DNA of 58,624 nucleotides from Octopus bimaculoides (lineage: Eukaryota): NCBI RefSeq assembly GCF_001194135.2, contig NC_068989.1, positions 96,295,241 through 96,353,864 on the forward strand. The letters run 5' to 3'. Shown in pieces: positions 12,096-25,600 of the stretch. The notes under the pieces were generated by a model. That model saw only the letters and a program-made list of their open reading frames with translations, did not search any database and was not told the DNA's origin. Positions within the stretch are counted from its first letter, which is position 1, and every line of letters starts with the position of its first letter. The translations under genes and the position numbers were made by a program.

Positions 12096-13379
12096 TGTGA
12101 TGAAGAGAAGAAAAAAAGGAAGAGGAAAATGACGGAAAGTAAAAAAGAGGAAATGAAAGGTGTGTTTAGGTAGGGAGGGTGTATAGGAAGATGGGTGGGA
12201 GTTGGAATGGTCAAAGAATTCAAGGGTAAGATTCGATAGAAAAATAGCAGATCTGTAGATAAATGAACTTTAGTACCAGTGACATTTAAAGGTAGAAATT
12301 GATAAATGAATAAATAAATTATTAAAATAAAATATAAAAAAAAGACAAATGGATAGGGACTTTGAGGAACTGGGATGCTGACTTAGAGGAATGGTTTGTG
12401 GTGCAGAGGTGAGATGATGGTAGTTGAAGTAAGAGGGAGAGATAAAATTAGATGGTATAAAATAGAGAATTTTAAAAATTGGGAATATTGGTAAAGACAC
12501 AACAAAAAAAAATATTAAAGAAATATAAAAATATATATTGAAGAATTTTGGAAAAAACATTGAAAAAATATTTTAAAAAAATATGAGAATTCCAATGAAT
12601 AGAGGGAGGAAAGGAAAAAAAAATTTCAGTAACAGGAGTACTGATTTAGAGGGATGGTCAGTAGTTCAAATGTAAGTTGGTGACAATTATAGTGATTGAT
12701 AAAATGATTTAGAATAAAATAAATTTAAAAAATGAAGACAATATAGAAAAAAATTGGGAATATTGGTGAGGATTTAAAAATAAAAATAGGAAAGAAAAAT
12801 ATTGGAAAAAGTTATTGAAAAGATATTGAGATTGTTAACGTAATGAATAATTATAAAACTGTAAAGATTCTAAAATCAAGAAATGTAAAAATAAAACAAA
12901 GTGTAAAAGTCAAAAAGAAAGAAAGGACAAAAAAAAAAACTCAGGTAAACAGGAATTTAAGACTAAAAACTCAATATGGTAGTTGGATGGTGAAAAGGTA
13001 TTTGATTGAGTAAATAAAGATAGGGGTGATGAGACATGAGTGGAATACAGGGTTAGGGGTTAAAATTATAGAAAGATATTGGATAATAGTAATAATAAAC
13101 CCTTTCTACTATAGGTGCAAGGTCTGAGATTTTGGGGGAGGAGGCCAGTCGATTAGATTTATCCCAGTATGCAACTGGTACTTAATTTATCGACCCCAAA
13201 AGAATAAAAGGCAAGGTTTAAAAATCTTATCCCTATAACTAAAACACAAAAAATCTCTCAAATGTCATCATTTCTGAAAAATAAATATTGAAAAATGGTT
13301 TGGCATCATCTCTAAAAATAGCCAAACACCTACTGCTTCTGTCCAAAGGAATGTGTATAAAAGGCAAAAGGACAGCCAG

Positions 13380-13610
13380 TCAACTACAGTACATCTGTCA
13401 GACGGGACCTTGATGATTGCTATTAAGCAGGAAAGTGTACTAGTCCTTATATATTTAATACTCAATATTTCATATATTCAATAAGACATTCAATACTTCA
13501 TTTCATTTTACTATTTATATTATATATTCCATATTCTATTCTATATCCCACATTAATTTTCTAAGAATATAAATAAGACATAAAAAACAGAGTTGAAACT
13601 CTTTTAAATA

Positions 13611-13620
<10 letters not shown>
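13380..13620 (+). mobile_element. ORF-less repeat with hammerhead-like motif and AT-rich tail (copy 1)
   Basis: Homologous in reverse orientation to 41930-42245 (shared ctcaatatttcatatattcaataagacattcaatacttcatttcatt ... cagagttg(g/a)aactcttttaaataa). Ends at (TA)n. Confidence 0.7.
13405..13446 (+). ncRNA. Minimal type I hammerhead-like motif
   Basis: GGAC-cttgatga-TTGCT(atta)AGCAG-GAAA-GT(gt)AC-T-A-GTCC. All three stems can form; cleavage triplet CUA; 8-nt junction. Confidence 0.65.
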
Positions 13621-13641
<21 letters not shown>

Positions 13642-13771
13642 NNNNNNNNNNNNNNNNNNNNNNNNNNNNNNNNNNNNNNNNNNNNNNNNNNNNNNNNNNN
13701 NNNNNNNNNNNNNNNNNNNNNNNNNNNNNNNNNNNNNNNNNNNNNTATACATACATACATACATATATATT

Positions 13772-13803
<32 letters not shown>

Positions 13804-14218
13804 ATTCATTTAAAATACAGAGATGCCTGTAATAGGACATCTAACCTGCTAGAAAGAGCAGCAAAAAACTCTATACCACAAAAATAGGGATAATTTCGAA
13901 AGGGAATGAAAAGTAAAAACATTTACCAGTCTATTTTCCGTACCATGGTTTCAAGCTATTTTAGCAAAATAAAATATATATATATATATATATTCACCCA
14001 TATATTAAAATATATTATTAATATATTATACACATTAAATACCGATGTTTTTTTAAACATGAGCGTGAGGTAAACGGTTTTGGAGGAGGGTGTAGTCAAG
14101 TAAACAGACACCACTGGATGTCACTGGTACTTATTTACCAACCAGGACATAAGTAAAAGTCAAAGTTCACACCCTCAGGTTCCTATTACTACTACTTTTC
14201 ACCCTCTCTGTCTGTCTG

Positions 14219-14253
<35 letters not shown>

Positions 14254-14927
14254 ATATAATATATATATATATATATATTCATATTTATGCCTGCTATAAA
14301 TATTAATCTAATTGGTCGTCGCTGTATTTATATTATTAATTGACCCTTTTAAACATTGTTGGAATTGGTTTATATCTTTTATCCTCTTAAAATAGTATGA
14401 ATACCAGTTATATATGATGATTAAATTCTCTATATTCCTACCCTGTTAAAATTCACTTTGTGTTTGGTCAAAAGAAATCCTTTCGTATCCAAATTTTTCT
14501 TTTTGTGTTTTTTGCTAGAAAGTCATTGCAAAGTTGTTGCAAGTGAGGAATTTCTTATCTCTTTAGACTTTTGCAGATGAATTTGCTTAATGAAATTTTG
14601 TTATCTGTTTTGAAATTGTTGAAGATGAAGAAATAGGAAAAAATAGGGAGAGAGAAATGAAGAATATGAAAATAGCAGCAATTTAGATGATGTATGTTGT
14701 TAAAAGTTTTGCTTGAATAATAGAAAATTAGATTAACGATAACACCTTGCTGATTATAAAAGTTTGCTTTATAATGTGTCTTAGCAAACAAAAAAACAAA
14801 AAAAGAAAAAAAAAACATTCTGATGGTGTGATAATGTTTAAGGAAATAGGATTTGTCATTTAACCCTTTTGGAATATTTCTCAGTAAATAGACTTTGTCT
14901 ATGAATAAGATTACATTTGTCTGTACA

Positions 14928-15092
14928 AGGCATGGCTGTGCGGTAAGAAGTTTGCTTCCCAACCGCACGATTCTAGGTTCAGTCCCACTGAACATCACTT
15001 TAGGCAAGTGTCTTCTACTATAAGCCTTGAGCTGACCAAAGCCTTGTGAGTGGATTTGGTAGACGGAAACTGAAAGAAGCCCATCATGCGTA

Positions 15093-15127
<35 letters not shown>

Positions 15128-15330
15128 GTGTGTCTGTGTCTGTCTCCTACCCCCACTTGATGGCTGGTGTTGGTTTGTTTACATCTCTGTAACTTAGAGG
15201 TGTGGCAAAAGAGACTGATAGAATAAATATCAGGCTTAAAAACACAAATAATTCCTGGGAGTGATTCATTCGTCCGACAAATTCTTCAGGACAGTGCTCC
15301 AGTATGGCCACAGTCTAATGTTTGAAACAC
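14928..15330 (+). mobile_element. SINE family A, near full length
   Basis: TGGCTGTGCGG (A-box-like), GGTTCAGTCC (B-box-like), CORE-like ctttaggcaagtgtcttc, central (TG)n and the conserved 3' half. Confidence 0.85.
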
Positions 15331-15440
15331 TGTTCATGTCAAGGTATAAGACTGCCTCAAAGACGGGGCTTTTTAAGGAATAGATTCTGCCTTTCGATTG
15401 AAATTTATTAAGAATCAAATGAATTGAGAACAAAATAATT

Positions 15441-15482
<42 letters not shown>

Positions 15483-15483
<1 letters not shown>

Positions 15484-15692
15484 AGGCAACCAGGCAAAAT
15501 GTTTTGTGGCATTTTGTCCACATCTTTATGTTCTGAGTTCAAATTCCAATGAGGTTGACTTTACTTTTTATCCTTTCGGGATCAATAAAATAAGTACCAT
15601 TTGAACACTAAGGGGTCAATGTGATTGACTCACCCCACCTCCCCAGAATTTTCTGGCCCTGTGCCAAGAATTTGAAACCATTATTATTATTA
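15483..15692 (+). mobile_element. tRNA-headed SINE family B with (ATT)n tail
   Basis: ttctgagttcaaattcc...gttgactttactttt(t)atcctttcggg...ataagtacca...caaga atttgaaaccattattatt; collinear with 58093-58326. Confidence 0.75.
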
Positions 15693-15904
15693 TTGTGATG
15701 AAGATGGTACATTGGCAGAATCTTCAGAGCCCCACAAAAATGCGTTGCAGTGATTCTTCAAGCTCTTTACATTCTCAATTCAAAGAACACTGAAATCAGA
15801 TTTATTGTTCATCCATTTTAAGTTGATAAATTAGATGCAGGTATGTTATCAGGATCACACTATTTATTGCTGAAAAGGTAGAGCAACCACGGCAGAAGGT
15901 GAGG

Positions 15905-16215
15905 TATATTCATGTTGATAGCATGAAGCACCATTTGAGCATGGTCGATGCCACTGCTGCATGACTGGCTCCCCATGCTGGCGGCACATAAAAAGCACCA
16001 TTGAAGCATGGTCGATGCCAGTACTGCCTGACTGGCCCTCATGTTGGTGGCATGTAAAAAGCACCCATTACACTCTTGGAGTGGTTGGCATTAGGAAGGG
16101 CATCCAGCTGTAGAAACCTTGCCAGATCAGATTGGAGCTTGGTGCAGCCTCCTGGCTTACCAGTCCTCAGTCAAACCATCCAACCCATGCCAGCATGGAA
16201 CGCAGACGTTAAACA

Positions 16216-16257
<42 letters not shown>
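15905..16257 (+). mobile_element. RTE-associated 3' end with ~60-bp tandem units and (GAT)n tail
   Basis: Repeated aagcaccatt(t)ga(a)gcatggtcgatgcca...tggc...aaaaagcacc units, then ggttggcattaggaagggcatccagctgtagaaac...ccatgccagcatggaa and (GAT)n. Confidence 0.8.
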
Positions 16258-16261
<4 letters not shown>

Positions 16262-17165
16262 AGAAGATCACAGTGACACACCCTCTCACCATAGACCTAC
16301 AAACACATCTCCAACCTTTGCTTTATATATTTAAGCTTTTTTTCAGTCATGTGTTGTCTGAGTTTTGTCAATATCCTTGTGAACCTGCAGCATCGACCGC
16401 TGCTACTTCAATATTTACACACTGTTATTTACAGCTTTATACGCTTTCAGTTAAACCATTCCAAAACAGAATCAAATGTGTGAATGCATCTCTTTAATTG
16501 TATATATCATCACCATCATCATCATTATCATTTTAATGTTCACTGTTCCATGCTTGTAAGGGTTGAATGAAGTTTATTGTGGCAGATTTTCTGCAGGGGA
16601 TGCCCTTTCTGTCACCAATCCTTACCTGTTTCCAAGTAAGGTAATATTTCTCACTGACAAGATATGTTTTTGCAGGAGATTGAAAATGAGTAACATTCGT
16701 TTACAACAATTTTGTGATGTGAAAACAAGGAGACACAAACACTTACATTACATATACACACTCATATACATATATATACATTTGTATATATAAAACAGAC
16801 TTCTTTCAGTTTCTGGCTACCAAATCCACTCATAAGGCTGGGGTTGGCCCAAGGTTATAGTAGAAGACATTTGTCCAAGGTTTCATGCAGTGGGATTGAA
16901 CCTAAAAACATGTGGTTGGAAAACACACTACTTGACCTCACAACTACACCCGAGAGAGAGAAAGAGAGAGAGAGAAATATGTATGAGTGTGTGTGCATGT
17001 ATGTATATGACACCGAATTCTTTAAAATCAAAATCAAATATATATTTAATTTTATTGCATTTGTTTGACAAATAAATGGTTGTGTGTTGGAACTAAAATA
17101 GTTACAGTGTGGCAACTGTTTATTGTAGCGATTAAAAACATATACACTGTTAGCTTCACTTTATT

Positions 17166-17225
<60 letters not shown>

Positions 17226-17924
17226 TTCTAATGCTATATATACATTCTTATGGTGAATGTGTAAAATGTATCTATAAATAGTACAATATGCTTATATAAA
17301 TGTTATGTGTGCATAACACAACCTGAATCCGTTTGACTTGGAAATTACACAAGTCATTCATTCATATTATAAGGTTTCTTTGTTGAAGTTGAAAGTTTAC
17401 GCAGTTTGCTGCCCACTTCGCTTCCATCTCTATAATCCAAACACTCAACAAAACTACTCCAAGAGACTCTATCAGTCTCATTACCTTCTACGCATCAATT
17501 CAGAAACATCTCAACTTGCTTCAAGCCGTTGAGGTCAATGGCCCTGACAATTTCTTCTGCTGTTGTGCCCCACAGCTAAACGTCTCCAACAGTTCTGCCT
17601 CTCTGTTTATATCTCTTTCTCTCTTTTCACACACACACACACACACACATTAAGAAGGTGAATAGTACAAAGAGAAGACAATATGGGAGGGACATGTTTT
17701 AACAAATGTTATATTAGTTTAACAGTTTAAAAGAGGGGAAAGAGTCTTGAGATTCCAGACACAAGTCTTTCTTCAAAAGAAAGCTAGAAAAGTAAAAATT
17801 AAAAAATGAGAGAAGGTGGTTGCAAAAAATGTAGGGTTGGTTCCCCACTAATCTCTGGAAATAAACTGCAGTGGGTTCTTTTAGCAAGGAAGGCAATCTC
17901 TCTGGTGCTGCCAGTCTATCTTCC

Positions 17925-18275
17925 AAAGGGACAAACAAAAGTGCCTAATAATTGATGTGACAGTGCCAGGAGATCAATATATCATGAAGAAAAGAGAAAA
18001 GATTGATAAGTATGGAGACCTGAGAATTGAGATCGCTAAAATGTGGCAGCTACAAGAGTCAAACATAAAGGTTATCTCTATTGTCATCAGAGCATTGGGT
18101 TCTATACCACCCAATCTGAAAAAGACATCTGAAAACCTTAGAAATACCCTACAATCTAGATGTATTGCAAAAGTCGGCATTACTTGGAACTGCATGCATA
18201 TTGCGTAAAGTAGTGTTTGTCTGAGGCCAATCAACAACCTCATGATACCGTGCAACGTCTATAATAATAATAATG
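17925..18275 (+). mobile_element. C-terminal restriction-like endonuclease remnant of an R4/Dong-type non-LTR element with (TAA)n tail
   Basis: LIIDVTVPGD...EKIDKYGDLRIEIAKMW...KVISIVIRALGSIP, then after a frameshift QKSALLGTACILRKVVFV*, a short 3' UTR and (TAA)n at ~18260-18273. Confidence 0.8.
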
Positions 18276-19789
18276 AATTCAAGATATGTTTTCTGTTTTC
18301 GTTTGCATGTAACTTTCTCTCATTGAATAGAGATTCCATTTCTTGAGGCTGCAATAAATGATTAAAACAAGAATGTCTTACTCAAAAATCTTTGTTGGAC
18401 TTTGTGTATCAAACCCTCCTACCATCACACTCCTCCCCCATCCTCCTTCTCTCCCTCCTTGGCAGTAGCATCTTCTTTATTATTGGCTTCAATTTTACCA
18501 TACAATCAGCCTCCTCCTCCTCCTCCTCATCATCATCATCATCATTGTTGTTGTCACCACAAGAATAGGAATAATAAGTCATCTTCACTTTCTTTGGCCT
18601 TCTCTTCATTTTCATCATATTTTTGCTTCAAATTTACATTGGAAACGAGAAAATTTCAATATACCATTTGCAATTTATTTTAATGAGGGGTTAAATTTGG
18701 TCCAATAGCATTTTAAAAAAAATTTATTATATTTTTTTTTATTTTATAGTTTCATTTTTGTTGCTTCCTGCGATTTTGCTATTATCACAGAACCAGTGTG
18801 GTGATTACCAAATAGCCTGTATTTGTTCGTTAGGTAGACTGGAAACAAAAAGCAAGCACAAAACAAAACAAAAAAAGACACAAAATAAAAGAAAAAAAAT
18901 ATAGTTAATTACAGCAGCCAAGTTATTTGCATATTGTTTTTGTCGAGCATAAAAACTCATTAACTTTGGTTGAAAGTCAGTGAAAGAAGAACAACTTTGA
19001 AGAATTCTCCACAGACAAGACTTGTTTTATTTATTTGTGTCCAAAGTTTTAATTTAAAGACTTGCTAAATTCATTTTTGCTTTAATGCTGCATTAACAAA
19101 ATGTTGCCGGAGAATAATCTTCTTGTGCATGATATTTGAAGAGAATTTGGTAAATAAAGTGAAATCATTGGGTTTTTTTTTCCTTCTCTTTTTTTAATTT
19201 TTTTTTTTTTTTTCTCTTGATAAGTGAACTAGCTTGGTGGATAAAAGTGTTGGAATCATTCATGTGTTCAAGATCTCAGGCAGCTGTTTTACTAATCACA
19301 CCTCCCCCCCTCACTCTTCACACTTATTCTCCTTCTATGTCACTCCTTTGCTTCTTTCATTTCTCATTCACAATTTTGCTGTTGTGGTGGCCAGGCTTCT
19401 CTTCTCTCTTTCACCAATGAAAAAGAAAAAGAAAATATTCATCACATCAAATCAACTCACTGCATTTTGTTTTGACCTTCTGTGAACTTCCATGGATTAA
19501 TCCCCCCCCATCTTGCCACCCGACCTCCACAGTTCTTCTTTGATTCTGGATCTCCTGAACCATTATAAACTAAATTACATTTTGAACAGAATGATATACT
19601 TGAGCCACAGGAAAGATCACAACTGTGTCAATGATACATTTGACCATAGGCACTGGAATTGAGGAGAACAGAAAAACAGTATAAAACCAAACATTGTTGT
19701 ATTTAATGTATGTGTCTGCTTGTGTGTGTGTGAGAGAGAGAGAGAGTTTATGTGTAACTGTGTGTGTGTGTGTGCAGATATAAAAGAGA

Positions 19790-20230
19790 TTCGTTAAATT
19801 TTCCCATTGTCAGAAAACTGTTTCATTTAGTGCACCCGTTAGTTTTAATGAAGATAACATCATTGAATGGGATCCAAGCCAAAATAGATTGTGTAGAAAT
19901 TTATGAATGCCTTTCACAGGATGGTTTGTTTGTAATAATTAAAAAGAATGATTTACCATTTTCTAAGTTTCTTGGCATTGGATATATCAAGTGTTTACCT
20001 CTGGGACCTTAGCTATTCAATAAGAATGCTGCAAACGCACTAACTGGCTCCAAGACAATATTCTTGCTTCTCATCACATATTTCGCATTTTGGGGCTTCC
20101 AGTTTAAGTGGTATATATCTTTTCTCCATATCTCAATCCTTGACATTATCTCCTAGTTCTGTTTTTACCATTCCTCCACCTCCTTGGGAATTCTTGTTTC
20201 TCTCAAATTTTATCTGTTATCAAAATCAAT
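19790..20230 (-). pseudogene. Possible highly decayed LINE apurinic endonuclease remnant
   Basis: Minus-strand pieces with stops: NSQGGGGMVKTELGDNV..RYIPLKL, ASYAFA and IPFNDVIFI..MGKFN. These loosely resemble APE motifs (GGVG, YAP, GDFN). Weak. Confidence 0.3.
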
Positions 20231-21152
20231 TATGTATCTGAGCTAAATTCACTCAAAATTACAAATACTTGGCAAGAATATAAATGACCAGCCCCACATG
20301 TCTTACAAGAGATCAGTCAAGGATACACATGTATCAGCAGTTCTACATGTTATTATGTTGTGGGACAATCCCAGCATTACAAGTTTACAGAAGAATTTGG
20401 TGAGTTGGGACACTTACCTGCTGTAGCAATCATTTTGCCAGCCTTAGACGATCTGTCCCCGCCAATTCCATCTTGCCCATGCTGGTATGGGAAAATGGAT
20501 GTTAAACAATGATTATGATAAGGGTAGTGCCTATGACTATTAACAGGGTCTCCAAGACTGATGAGAGAGGGAGGGAAGGAGGAGAAGGGAAGTATCATCA
20601 AAACCAGATTCTTGGCTTAAATGCTTGCAGCAGAGTGGAATCTGCCAAAGACCCCAAAGGTGCCAAAACTGGTGTTAAACTGGGAGACTAATTAAGACAT
20701 CCAATCCAAGTTGACTGGGGCAGGATTTGAACCCAGAATCCAAGAAATATTGAAAGGCATTCTGGTTGAGGGTTTCACACATCTACGAATTCAATGCCTT
20801 CAGCTTGATACTTATTTTATTCACCTTCAAAGGATGAAAAGTGAAGATGACCTCAGCTGGGTTTGAACCTGGCCTGCAGAGAGTTGGAACCAACACTTCT
20901 GCTCTAATGGTGCTACCAAATCACCACTCATATCTTGCTGTTATTATCATTTAGCCCATGGTCACCTTTATTGAAACACACTTTTGATCCAGTACTAACC
21001 ATACTGTATTTAGTGCAACATTTATGTACTACATGTATGATTTGAGAGAAATTTGGCTGCTGTTTCTAGCAAGTCAAATGATCATATAGAAGTTGTTTCT
21101 TCAGCAGAATGTTATCAGAAAACATCTGGAAATCTAAGATGTTTGGCTGTTT

Positions 21153-21359
21153 TTAACCTTTTAGCATTCAAATTACTCTGTCTAATTAAATATTCATTTA
21201 TTCACATCGTTTTCAATTATCTCATAGCTTTGAGATTTTGATGATGTGATTGTATATTTTGAGAATGACATTGTAAGGTAAGTGTGAGAGGCCAGATCTG
21301 GACATTTGGAACATAAAGCAAGTAGAAGGTTTAAGCTAGTTTAAATGGTAAATGGTTAA
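21153..21359 (-). mobile_element. TTAA-flanked MITE (piggyBac-like termini)
   Basis: TTAA-CCTTTTAG ... TAAATGG-TTAA; the internal sequence is the reverse of 53386-53604. Confidence 0.7.
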
Positions 21360-23963
21360 AAGGAATCCTTTATTCTTATAATGTTGAAGAATAGTGTAAA
21401 TAGGGATGTTTTGGAATTGGTTGATCCCTTTTACAATTGAAGAAACAATGTACAACATTGACCTTTGTGAGGAAGTTGACATTGCTTCTAATTCTTTTAT
21501 CACTTCAAGAATAACTCGACAAAAATATCAGATTTACATAAATAAAAAGTGTATTTATACCAGCTAACAAACTAATTAACTCCATTTTTTTTTCATTTGT
21601 CTGTTATACTTTTTCAACATTTTTCTTGTGTCTAGCTTATTAAATATCTTGCTTCTAAATTAAATATATTCTCTCTTAATTTATGATAGTTCGATGTTGC
21701 ATTGAATGTAACTTATATTCTAAATAAATTCTTCAAAGATTGATTTTTTTTTTTAATCACTTAAAATAAATTCAACACTAGAATATTCTAGTTTGGCAGA
21801 AAAACATTTATTGAAATAAATCTTGTGAAGTAGTCCAATAAAAATTCATCATACTAAAAGGTCTGAATTTTATTTATTTATTTATCATTTTTTTTTTGAA
21901 AAAAAGACACTTTTATTCTTTTTTTTTAAATTTTTTGTTCTTGTGTAGATATCATTTTTCAACTTTCGATGCATTATTTCTTTTGTTTTTAGTTAATTAT
22001 ATTAAGATAAACTCAATATTAATCACTGTCATACTGAAGATAATGAGAGATCAGAACTGTAAATCAAAAGTGTAAACATAATACATTTTATAGTCTTCTT
22101 CCTCTTGTTGTTTTCTGTGTGTTCTCAAAACAGTACACACACACACACACACACGCACACACACACACACACTTACATACACAGATACACACACGCACAC
22201 ACACACACTTACATACACACATACTCTGTTGAAGACACAGTTTTTACTGCTAGTTTTCTTTTTTTTTAACCAAACTCCTCTTTTATCTTTGGTAAGATGA
22301 CTTGGTGGAATCATTAGAAACACTGGAAAGAATTGTTTGTGGTATTTTTAGTCTATCGTAGTATCTATGTAGGAGAAGAGAGCTTGGTGACCTTGGAAGG
22401 CAGCAAATCTATGAGAATGACAATTCTAAGCCTCAAACTATTAGCAGACAACTAGGAGAAGGGCAGCAGAGTGGATTCCACAAAGGCTGCCTAAGGACTG
22501 AGGAGTCAAAGCAGGTGAAGAGTCAATGGCAGGAATTCAACTCAGAATGCAAAATGCCAGACCAAACATAGCAAGGAATCTTGCCTAACATTCAAACAAT
22601 TCTGTCATTTAATTACAATCAATGACGTTATTAACAACAGTGTCTCTTACAACATGGCTTGCCTAGTTTTAGGCCTGACTGTGTGGTGGAGATACATGAG
22701 AAGGTTGCTTCCTAATCCTGTGGTTTTGGGTTCAGTCCCATTATGCAGAACTTTGGGTGTCATCTCTACTAAATGTGTATTTTTCAACCACAGAGATGAC
22801 CCAGAAGTTGTTACTCTTCGGTTACTATTGCAAACAGCAGTAGATTTCTTCAGCTGAATACACATTGTTGATTGGTTAAAATTTCCCAAATTTAACAACT
22901 TTGACATGAAATAACTTCTAAAATACAAAATTTTGTCAAAAATGTTGAAAGTAAACCGTGTTCAGCATGAGAAATGACACCAGTATATGAAGTTTCAAGC
23001 TATTTAAAAAGAAACAATTAAAAAATCTTTGAGCCAAACTGAAAAGATCCTAACACTATGCTGGCCCAAGTCTTGTGATTGGAAATGGTTGATAGAAACT
23101 GAAAGAAGCCCATCATATTTATTTGTATGTTTGTCTCATCATCATTTAACATCCATGTTCCATGTTGGTATGGGCTGGATGATTTGACAAGATCTAATGG
23201 ATCAAAGGACAGCAACTAGTCCAGTGATTCAGTGTCTGCTTTGGAATGGTTTCTGTGGTTGGATGCACTTGCTAATGTCAACCGTTTATGCTTGGTGTTC
23301 TTTTCATGCTACCAGCACTTGTGAGGTTACCATGCAGCTCACAAGACTACAAAAGCCATTTGTAGTGGTGGTGGTGGGGATTTATGCAAGGAGATTAGGG
23401 GTTAAAGTATGAAAGATGGTGGGGAGAGAAAAGGACAAGCATGTTCTTGTAAAGGAGCTACATGGTTATTTAATACAAAGCTCAGTCTAAGTTGTTTGCC
23501 AATGAAGTTTATTTCATTTCATTTCAGTTCAGTTGTTTGTTTATATCTACTTTTCTTGTTGATACAAAGTTCAAATAACGAATTTTAAAAAAATAACATC
23601 CACGGCTATCTCGTTAAGATATTTCGTTTTAATTTTAAAAAAAAAAATCTATCTTTTTATGAAAAGTTTATTTGTATTGTTCCTTCTTCTGTCCATCTAG
23701 TGGTGTATATGTGGATGGATAGATGGAGGGGTGGATGGATGGATGGATGGGTGGAGGGGTGGATGGATGGATGGAGGGATGGGTTGGATGGATGGATCGA
23801 TCAAAGACATAGAAAAACTGAATCTTAAAATGTTACTCTCCTGTTAGTCACAACAATATATAATGTTTAAGATTTCCAGAATTTCAAGTCAGAACATAAA
23901 GATGGGACAAAATGCCACTAAGCATTTCGTCAGACATGCTGATGGTTCAGCTAGCTCGCTACC

Positions 23964-24006
<43 letters not shown>

Positions 24007-24448
24007 TAATAATAATAATTGTTTTCAACATGGGCAAAAGCTTTGAAAATGGAGCGGACGATCAGTTTGATTAAATTTATGCCTGTACTTAACTGTTATT
24101 TTATTTTCTTGATCCCAGAAAGATGAAAGGCAAAAATTGGCTCCCAGCAGAATTTGAACTCAGAACAAAGATCTGTTCCTAAATACCACAAGGCATTTTG
24201 TCTGATGATTCAGCCAATCAACAAATATCTATTTTATATTTTTGAAATAATATCAATGTGTATGAACATCAGAGTAATTTGGAAACAGTAGATTTACCAA
24301 AAACTACTCACAGTTTGATTGTCAAACGAACAAACAAATAAATACATACAAACATACATACACATTTATATCATCATCATCATCATCATTTATATATGTA
24401 TATTATATATACACACAACACATATCTAGTTTTGTTTGTATGTATGTA

Positions 24449-24501
<53 letters not shown>

Positions 24502-24514
24502 NNNNNNNNNNGAT

Positions 24515-24569
<55 letters not shown>

Positions 24570-25294
24570 CACATACAGAGCTAGAGCTATGAAAACAAGA
24601 ACTCATTGATTTTTGTATAATTTATCTTGAATTTGTATATTTTGTGCCATTGAAAGTAGTTGAGAAATCCTATAATATCCACAGGGATTAAACTATCAGC
24701 AAAGATACAAAGAAGAGAAGCAACAGAGAATATAACAAAACAAAACCTCACAACTAACCTTCAGAAGAAAGTTTTGTTTCCATTGAAAACGTGCAAAGAT
24801 ATTTTATTATATTTGAAGTGTTTATAGATGTTTTATTGTGAACAACTCTCTTCCTCAGATACAGCAAGGCCTTCTCTCCTTCCCGCAATGGAAAATTGTG
24901 GGAGAACGGCAAACAATAATTACGAATAATGAATCATAATATTTGCCTGCATCAGAGTGGTTTGTAAGGTAAAGATCGGTTTCAAATTCTTTGCAAAGAT
25001 TGAAGAATGATGCCATTCACTTTTGTTGTTCTTCAAACAATTTCGCTATAATGAAGTCACCCCTCCCCCCACTGGCCATTATAATCTTACCAGCATGCAA
25101 GAAATCCAAGAAGTGCTGTTAAAAAGCCATTCTATTGATAATGTAGATGGATATTCTTGCTTCGTCTCTAGCATAAACTGGATTCTAAGAATAACCGTAC
25201 GACTGTGTCAGTCTCACTGTTAAACCACGAAGAAACGGTCTTTTGAGTTGTCAGTTCAGTTTTGGGTTTTTTCCATTCACATTTAGGTGCAGAA

Positions 25295-25600
25295 GGTGTC
25301 TGTGCAGTTAAGAAGCTTGCTTCCTAATGATGTGGTCTCAGGTTCAATTCCACTACACAGTACTTTGAGCATATGTCATCTGCTATAGCCCCATGGTGGA
25401 CTAAAGGTTTGTGAGAGGATTTGGTAGTTGGAAACTGAAAGAAGCCTGTTGTGTGTGTGTGTGTGTGTGTGTGCATGCCTTTGTCTAGACATCACATGAC
25501 ACTTGTAAATGAACAACAGCATCATATAAGTGATGCTGTTAAATTCCAGTCTTTTGTAGAAAACATGTCTGGTCATAGAAGTGGGGAATATTTACTTTGC
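25295..25600 (+). mobile_element. SINE family A variant
   Basis: agaagcttgcttcc...caggttcaattcc...ggatttggtagttggaaactgaaagaagcc followed by (TG)n. Confidence 0.6.

Noticed and set aside
14928-15000. A/B-box sequences as tRNA genes
   Set aside because: No cloverleaf was evident; they continue into SINE bodies and recur many times.
17330-17600. GC-richer block with minus-strand pieces such as AEEIVRAIDLNGLKQVEMF
   Set aside because: Frames are broken by stops and no family motif could be assigned; possibly an old transposon, but unsupported.
24859-24968. Plus-strand segment with good acceptor and AAG|GTAAAG donor as a coding exon
   Set aside because: Stops occur in all three frames; it could only be noncoding and is unsupported.
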